From NCBI GenBank assembly GCA_054661495.1, contig BAAFSQ010000026.1, forward strand, positions 31,835 through 63,834: a stretch of 32,000 nucleotides of DNA, given 5' to 3'. The first letter of the stretch is position 1, and every line of letters begins with the position of its first letter. A program made the position numbers and the translations under genes. Shown one piece after another: positions 24,786 to 32,000 of this stretch. Origin of the DNA: Zygophlyctis sp. KS116 (lineage: Eukaryota > Fungi > Chytridiomycota). The notes under the pieces were generated by a model that searched no databases, had not been told where the DNA came from, and saw only the letters and a program-made list of their open reading frames with translations.

Positions 24786-26336
24786 ATGGTCAATAGCAAA
24801 ATTAAATGTCTGAATCAGTTCATGTCTGATCATGATATAAAGATGCATGGGATATCTATAAAGGCTAATGCATCCAGTGGTTTACATATTATAGCAAATA
24901 AAGATTTGACTCAAGATGAAATTGTGGCACTTATCCCAAAAAATTCTGTTTTATCTACAAAAACAACTGCGATCGCTGATGTTTTAGAAAGCGCTGGAAT
25001 TAAAGGGCTTTTGGGATTGGCTATTTCTCTAATGTTTGAAAAAGCAAGAGGGTCTGATTCGCCTTGGTATGATTATATTAATAGTTTACCAGAAATGGTT
25101 GAGATTCCGCTTTTATGGAGTCATAAGGAATTAGAGTGGTTGGATGGAACAGATTTAGGAAATTCAGTTTTGGGAGATAAGGAGGCGTTACGGGATGATT
25201 ATGATTATGTATTTTCTATTTTAAAAGATAATCAGCTGTTTCATCCTCTAGATGATTATTCATTTCAGAAATTTCAATATGCATCATCAATAGTATCATC
25301 AAGGGCATTTAATGTAGATGACTATCATGAGCAGTCAATGGTGCCTCTTGCAGATGTGTAGGATTTAGAAATTTTAAATTATAGATTTAATCATTCATCA
25401 ATTGAAAATGTGCATTTTCAATGTAATCCAAATGTTTGTGGATTTTGTGGAGAATCAGGGATTTGTGACTGTGAAATTCTAGATCAAATTCTTGATCAAG
25501 TAGATGAAATTGAAAAGGATAAAGACTTTTTAGAATCTGAACAAGAACCCCCATTATTATACAATGGAAGGGATGATGATCAAGATTCTCTAAATTCTAA
25601 TGAATCGCAAGAGACAGAGGATCAGGGTATGATGGAAATGGTTATAGTTCATCCTTGTGCAGCTAAAAAAGAGGTTTTTAATACTTATGGGTATCATCCG
25701 AATTCTTACTTGTTGAATCGATATGGGTTCTGTGAAGAAGATAATCCTCATGACGTTTTAAATATACATAAACAAGACATTATAAGTATATTTCAACAAC
25801 TACCTGTTCAGCAATTATCAAAAAGACTTTTACTATGGGAGAAAAATGGACGGGTTTATTGTCAGAACATTCAAAAAAAGATGGATATTCTTAAAGATAT
25901 TGATGTTTCCCAAGAAGAAGCAGAAAATTATATTGAAGGAGAAGATGAAGACGACGATTTAGAAGATTTTTTTCATTTGGATTATAACAGTGATCCAAGT
26001 TTTGATTTATATTGCTTTTTACAGCTGATGTTGATGAAAATATCTGTTCTCAAAATATTTATGGCCAATGTCTCGAAATTAGAAGCATTTATAGGAAAAT
26101 TGGCAGACATAAAATGGAATAATGACAAATCGCTCCCTCTATCTCTACCCATGCGACAAATTATTTATCAGATATGTGAAGCCAGAAAATCTAAATATTC
26201 AACTACACTTTTGGAAGATTTATCATTATATGACAGCATCAAGGACACTGATCAACAAAAACTCAAGAGTGCACTAATTTTAAGGATATCAGATAAAAAG
26301 ATTATTAAAAGATTTTTTGACAAATCCGGAGTGTAG
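24786..26336 (+). CDS. SET-domain protein lysine methyltransferase (SETD6/Rkm3-like)
   Basis: SPWYDYINSLP, SSRAFNVD, MVPLADV|FNH, Cys cluster CGFCGESGICDC, EVFNTYG..PNSYLLNRYGF. Intron 25358-25384. Confidence 0.9.
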
Positions 26337-26346
26337 CTTGAATAAT

Positions 26347-28450
26347 TCAAAATGTTTGGAAAGGCCGGTTAAGTAGCTCTCTTGCTTCAAATATTGTTCG
26401 GGAAAATGAAGAATAAAAGTTTCCAATGAAAATATCACTATTAGTGTCGAGTTCCCTGTCCATGAGTGCCATGTCTATTGGATCAAACTTATGCCTTTTG
26501 ATCTCCTTCATATCATAAATATCTTCAAAAAAGAGAATATTGAATTCTTTCTGTAGATCATTTAGTTCAGATCGATTTTGTAATAGATTTGTCGAAATAT
26601 ATACATATTGGCCTTCTTCATCCCATGCGCTTTTATAAATAGTATCTAAGGATTTTTCATGAATGGGCTCAAGTGCAGCCCGAATTTTTTGTTTAATGTC
26701 AGATAAAGAAGGATAACAATGGGCTTGAAGAATTGTATCCGGGATCGCCTTGCATTTGTTCCAGTAATCACCTCTCCTTATGTGAACAGATACAATCTGT
26801 CTATTGCCTATTCTATCTCTAATGGATTTCTTGCAGAAAGACACAATTCGGCCATGGATAATGATACCTTTTGTGATTTGCTTGTACAATTCATTATCCA
26901 TATATGTTAGATACTTTTGGAGAGGATAATCTTGCGTCTTTCCGAATCCGAATGCCCAAAAAAGGGATCCAAAGCTCAAGACCTTCGATTTGTCTCCATC
27001 AAACATTTCAAGTATAGCTTCTTCACTTAATTGAGACATTTTAGAATGATTCTTGATTGATGTAAAGTGCAATCCAAGAATTTTTTTGTAGTAGTCTGTT
27101 ATTTGTTGGTAAGATGTAGCTTTTGCAACCGGATTAAAATGAACATCATTAATACGTTTTCCATGAAGCTTTTTAAAATTCGAGAAAGATATTACTCTGC
27201 ATGGTAAATCAACCAAATTGAAATAGGTTTCCATTGGCGCCCAAGAGTAATCTTTATGATCAAAGGAAAAATTCCACTCTTTTTTAGTTCTATATCCCAA
27301 ATAAGGCAGAACCAAGATCCTATCTAAAACTTTGGAAATAGCACAAGCAGCTTTAAACCCAATAATCTGATTATTAAGCTGCTCCCATGGCATAAACATC
27401 AAGAACTTATTTTCAGATTTAGTTTTGATAAGTTCTAAAATAGATGCGACAGCTTCAAATGATTTTGGTGAATATGAGCCAACTGTTTGAGAAAAAACTT
27501 TGATATTCCAAAAAGAATCCATTTGTTCCATCCATTTTTCATCTGTATCTAACCCAATAATCATTATTTTCGATTTAAATACAAAAGCAGTACCGATATC
27601 TAAAGAATTTTGTGTAACCAGAATATCACATATTGAAAAAAGATGAGCTTGTTCCTGAAATCCCATATCGCTTGAAATCTGGGTCACATCCTTTAAATAT
27701 TTTTTGAGTCGTGTCTTCAACTTTTGAGAAGTTGTAAATGTACAAATAGTCCGTTTTACAGCTGGTCTTTGCAATCGTTCAGAATTTACAGAGTCAAAAT
27801 ACCTTTTAAATTTTCTAATCAGTATTATATGATCGAGAACGTTCTTTTGAATTTTCTTTTTAAGAATTAAAGCATGATCATATTTGATATATACTGATGG
27901 ATGATTGATCTTAAAGTCTACAATAGGCTTATAAATGATTTCTGCAAAATCCTTTACATCATTTGAAGCGATGAATGAAACGGGATTAGATCCTAATTCC
28001 CGCATCATATAATCTTGCTTTGCTTGCCACAACATTGCAGCACTAATGATTACTGATATTCTATTTTCCAAATACCCAGTAAAGAATGTACTATCATGAA
28101 TTTGTACTATATTATCAGAAAAATTTGGTTCAGTATAGTGAAAATGTATGAGCTTTTCTCCTTTCCTGGTATGAAATTCCAAGAATCTATCCTCTTTAGA
28201 GTGTTTATCGGACATCAAATGAAAATCACTATTATTTACAATTATCAATCCATCCACTAAAGAATAGTCTTTTGAATGATTATTAACGCTTCCTATTTAT
28301 TAGATACTACTGAATAAGAAATTTACCGGAGAATGTCCGAACTTTTGTTTTATATGATTTCGTTGTTGAGGGTGAAAATAAAAAAATTGCCAAGGCAGTA
28401 ATAATAGCATAAGCTATCCTTTTAGGCCTCTTTACCGATAGAAATCTCAT
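26347..28450 (-). CDS. Type II membrane glycosyltransferase with C-terminal O-fucosyltransferase (GT-B) domain
   Basis: ATG 28450 with N-terminal TM; intron 28293-28326 (34 nt); EQLNNQ, RILVLP, SVHIRRGD, VYISTN, FIGNFYSSFS. Confidence 0.8.
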
Positions 28451-28694
28451 TATTAAGTATATGCCAAGGAACTTGTCGATTTAGTCGCTCCGTCGCCAAA
28501 CCGTCACGTTCAAATCGCGCAAATTTGTGATTGCTAGTTCCTTGCTAATTGACTGCTAATTGATTGTGTGATCATGATTGAATTTCCAATGATCATGTTT
28601 AAGATTGTGGCAGTTAATTCATTATTTCAACAATTGGAAAACTTATTAGATTGCAATCAGTAGCTGCTTAGGGAGAAAGTTATCCCATTCAAAG

Positions 28695-28737
28695 GTTTTG
28701 CGTTTTCGCGTTTAAGTCGCGTGAATTTTGCGTTGAA
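28695..28737 (+). promoter_or_regulatory. CGCG/TTTTGCG-rich element immediately upstream of the RVS161 ATG
   Basis: gttttgcgttttcgcgtttaagtcgcgtgaattttgcgttgaaATG; 18-mer identical to the one upstream of the acyl-CoA synthetase. Confidence 0.5.
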
Positions 28738-29545
28738 ATGAGTTGGAATGGTTTCGTAAAGGCTGTAAATAGAGCCACTACCACTGTTATGCAGTCAACC
28801 GGGGCTATTGAAAAGACGATTGACAAGGATTTTGAAGATGAGGAAAGACGATTTAAGAATTTTGAGATAAAAGTTGAAGCTTTACATCGGGAATCCAAGG
28901 GATTTTTAGACTCTGTGCGGGCAATGACTCTGGCTCAAGCAAGAATAGCAGAAACTGTTGATCAATTTTATGATGAAACTGCATCATTGGCAAACGCCGG
29001 AAGAAAGTATAAAGAGACTGTCTGTCTAATGGATTCAAATGCTAGGACTCAGCTCGACAATAATTATAGAACTGCAATCATTGATCCTTTGGGAAAACTG
29101 ATTTCAATTTTTCCAGATTTTAATGATGCTATAAAAAAAAGACAAAAGAAATTACTGGATTATGATAGATTAAGAGCAAATGTTCGAAAATTAGTAGATA
29201 AACCATCTGATGATCCTCAAAAACTACCAAGAGTATGTTAAAAATACCTTTAAAATCAATTAGGCTGAACAAGAAGCAAATCAAGCTAGAGATTTATATG
29301 AATCTGTAAATCGACAATTAATTACTGAAATTCCTAAAATGATTGATATGCGAGTCGCATATCTTCATCCATCTTTTGAAGCACTAGTTAAATCACAATT
29401 ACAATTTAATGAAGATGCGTTTTATTCGTTAAATTCAATTTCTAAATCATTTTCTGAAGCACAGACAGGATCTCTTGAAGGTAGAGTAGAAAATGCATTA
29501 CAAAGAATGAAGGAATTAACAATTTGTAGATCTCTGCAGTCTTAA
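28738..29545 (+). CDS. RVS161: N-BAR amphiphysin-like protein (Rvs161/Hob3)
   Basis: MSWNGFVKAVNRATT, AIKKRQKKLLDYD, KPSDDPQKLPR|AE, YLHPSFEALVK. Intron 29233-29263 (31 nt). Confidence 0.93.
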
Positions 29546-29559
29546 TAAATTTATTTTAA

Positions 29560-30075
29560 ATGAATCCATTGATCCGATCATCCTTCACATCTGGAATTTT
29601 ATATAGTATTGGGGATGTAGCATCGCAGTGTCTATCTAATTCAGAATTTGACATTGCTAGAGTTGCAAGATTTGGTAAGTTGATTTAGACTCATTATAGC
29701 ATTAACAGGATCAATTTTACATGGTAATATCAATCGCTAATTGTAGGACCTTATTTCCTCTATGGTTTTAGATTTTTAGATTCTAAATTTCCTGGAAATT
29801 CCCTTAAAATCTCAATAACTAAAGCTTTAGCCGGACAAGTGTTTTTATTTCCTCCGTTTGTTACATTATTTCTAACTTTTACTGCTCTTCTTCAGGGGGA
29901 GTCGCCACTTAAACATTACAAAGAGTCATGGATCAAATTAAATACCAGTGGACTTTTAATCTGGCCAATCGCCAATGTTGTAAATTTCAGGTATGTTCCT
30001 GCTCAATATCGTGTACTTTATGTCAACATGATCGGACTCGGATGGAATACATATCTAAGTACAGTAGCTCATTAG
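29560..30075 (+). CDS. Mpv17/PMP22 family membrane protein
   Basis: GDVASQ, FDIARVARF, IWPIANVVNFRYVPAQYRVLYVN...WNTYLS. Introns 29675-29699 and 29724-29746. Confidence 0.9.
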
Positions 30076-30115
30076 TCTGGGATCATTATTAATAAATTGG
30101 ATTCCATTATCTAGA

Positions 30116-30247
30116 TCAAGTTAAATTTCTGGAACCAGTCTTTCATGGCTTTATCAGCTCATGATTCAGGCCGATAAAGCGTCGGTAGGAAAGGATGAAA
30201 GAAAAGGCTCAAATGAGATTGAGTGCGTTCCAGTATCTCTGGCTTGA
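30116..30247. other. Nested inverted repeats; candidate structured RNA or fold-back element
   Basis: Five nested stems of 6-11 bp found by eye (see finding). Confidence 0.4.
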
Positions 30248-30356
30248 AAGACTCATTGTTTAAAGGAGAAATTGCGGCAATCTAAAAATATGATTTAAAA
30301 CATAAAAATATTGTTGTAATCAATCTAAAAATCCTGTAAAATCAATGGATGCAAGT

Positions 30357-31142
30357 TTAATACAAACACTGATAACCTCCCAACCTAGCGTTAATAGCAT
30401 CCTGTGAGCATTGGGAGAATTTAAGAGCGTTTGGATTTACCTCAGGAGGTCCTCCTCCGCCCATAACATATCCTTTACAAGAGGGTGTTTCATCATGGAG
30501 TGCACCAAGCATGTGGCCAATCTCGTGAGTTAAAACTCTATTTCTACTTGTTTTACCATCTATTTTTACAAGTACGACACGTCCTTTGCAAGCTGCTCCT
30601 ACAGGTGAAGTACCAACCGCACCATTTCCCAATGGTCTAGTTGTCAGACCAAGTACTAAACAAAGGTTTGAATATTTGTCATTGTTTTTTGTTATGTCAG
30701 TGAAATAACTACGAACCTCATCCTGCGCCCCAGTATTTCGAGTTGATAATCCGTTTTTAATTTCGATAGATTCAATACTGAGAGAAATTCCAAAGAAAGC
30801 ATCAATGTTAAGAGATGCTTCACTAACCATATCTCTAATAAACTGCTCTGGATCATTTGGTTGGGACTGTGAAAAGCTATGATCGGCAATGACTGCGATT
30901 TTACAAACTCCGGTAGCAGCTTGGGTTCCATTATTTCCGACAGGTTTTGTTACATTGTGTCCGATGTGACACTTTGTATTTCGTTTCGGATCTCTATTGA
31001 TCACCGATGAATATGCCCCAGTGATGGGCCCATCCGAGGATAGATTGTTGTTAACAGGAACACTGCCAGTTGTGGGAGCTGATTGTACAAACGTTTGAAG
31101 CAAAGTTATGATAATAAATTGTAATCCAATTGAAAGTTTCAT
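30357..31142 (-). CDS. Secreted metzincin metalloprotease (M12B/reprolysin-like), intronless
   Basis: Signal peptide, CKIAVIADHSF, zinc motif HEIGHMLGALHD, Met-turn GYVM, KFSQCS. Confidence 0.9.
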   Translation of the reverse strand: MKLSIGLQFIIITLLQTFVQSAPTTGSVPVNNNLSSDGPITGAYSSVINRDPKRNTKCHIGHNVTKPVGNNGTQAATGVCKIAVIADHSFSQSQPNDPEQFIRDMVSEASLNIDAFFGISLSIESIEIKNGLSTRNTGAQDEVRSYFTDITKNNDKYSNLCLVLGLTTRPLGNGAVGTSPVGAACKGRVVLVKIDGKTSRNRVLTHEIGHMLGALHDETPSCKGYVMGGGGPPEVNPNALKFSQCSQDAINARLGGYQCLY

Positions 31143-31524
31143 TGATTTTTTTTAAAGGTATTGCGGCATACGGCAATGACGGTCTTTTGCGGCAGCTTGA
31201 TAAACAGATTGAAAGTGTTTAGCATTGTTGTTGGTAAGATAGATTAAACCGTATATTTATTGCGCTATTTTCCAATGTAATGCACATGCTTACCAAAGCC
31301 ATTCAATGCAAAGATTATAGAGTTGGAAAATGAAAAGTTTATTTGAAACAGGTTCCAGAACTTACATCTGGCTAGAAAGACTTATTGACATTCTAGTGTT
31401 TAAACTCTGTAATTTTGTTCTGTTTAAATGAGGAACCTTGGCAATCTCAGAAATGATTAGTAGACATAATAAAAAATATTCTTCAAAACAATTTAAAAAT
31501 TCTGCAGAAGCACTCGATGTGACT

Positions 31525-32000
31525 TTAATACAAACACTGATAAACTCCCAGCTTAGCAGGTAGTAACATTTGTTTTGCCATCCTTGGCTGCATCATCTTT
31601 TTTGTCTTTTTTGCCATCTTTGGATGCATCATTTCCCGGACAATCTGTATCTCCACCTTTGCCTTTTTCGTCTTTGGTGGAGTTTTTCTTTTCCGAATTG
31701 TGCTTTTCGTTTTTTTTCTTATCGACGTTCCCAGCATCTTGTTTCTGTTCTGTGTTGATCACCGATGAATTTGCCCCAGTGCAGGGATTTTTCCCTTCCG
31801 AGGATAGTGTGCTGTTGGTAGTAACATTTGTTTTGCCATCCTTGGCTGCATCATCTTTTTTGTCTTTTTTGCCATCTTTGGATGCATCATTTCCCGGACA
31901 ATCTGTATCTCCACCTTTGCCTTTTTCGTCTTTGGTGGAGTTTTTCTTTTCCGAATTGTGCTTTTCGTTTTTTTTCTTATCGACGTTCCCAGCATCTTGT
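31525..32000 (-). pseudogene. 3' part of a tandem paralogue of the metalloprotease lacking the catalytic domain (repeat-expanded pro-region fused out of frame to the old C-terminus)
   Basis: Frame open from 31999 to the stop at 31553 (...KTNVTTC*). TLSSEGKNPCTGANSSVIN matches NLSSDGPITGAYSSVIN of the protease; AKLGVYQCLY* (shifted by 1 nt) matches ARLGGYQCLY*. Confidence 0.6.
31559..32000. repeat. 258-bp tandem repeat (86-aa K/D/N-rich unit), at least 1.7 copies
   Basis: 31559-31742 is identical by eye to 31817-32000. Confidence 0.95.

Noticed and set aside
30105-30135. U2 snRNA-like (AGAUCAAGU...UCUG) or, on the minus strand, TPP-riboswitch-like (AACUUGAUCUAGAUAAU) words
   Set aside because: The U2 branch-pairing GUAGUA and stem I are absent; the TPP P5 stem and CUGAGA core are not formed. 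Short matches only.
30139-30202. SECIS element or hammerhead ribozyme
   Set aside because: No AUGA/GA quartet flanking the helix, no CUGANGA core, and no in-frame UGA in the adjacent genes.
31559-32000. CRISPR array or LTR
   Set aside because: It is a head-to-tail 258-bp in-frame coding repeat without unique spacers or TG...CA termini, in a eukaryotic context.

Overview
AT-rich, extremely compact eukaryotic DNA, most likely from a zoosporic (chytrid-type) fungus. Housekeeping genes are fungal-like (SER1, TFG1, YCH1, YRB1, MEU1, CDC21, ATG15, RVS161) and there is a flagellum-associated STPG2 gene. I reconstructed about 25 genes by hand; the ORF track fragments them because they carry about 50 GT-AG introns, all only 23-34 nt long. 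Main observations: (1) a 2-nt micro-exon between two 29-nt introns is required to build the conserved KLSQGEY motif of an acyl-CoA synthetase, and there are also 11-, 20- and 24-nt exons; (2) co-directional genes are mostly packed 2-90 bp apart, including a TAA-AA-ATG junction, while divergent gaps are longer and CG-richer, and two share an identical 18-mer; (3) a CC1-box (dynein-adaptor-like) coiled-coil protein, a plant-type PEX22 and a degenerate GT61-like/O-fucosyltransferase fusion; (4) an accessory-looking end with a secreted metzincin, a tandem paralogue whose catalytic domain is replaced by 258-bp repeats, and an unexplained fold-back element. All calls come from manual translation and motif recognition; no searches were run.
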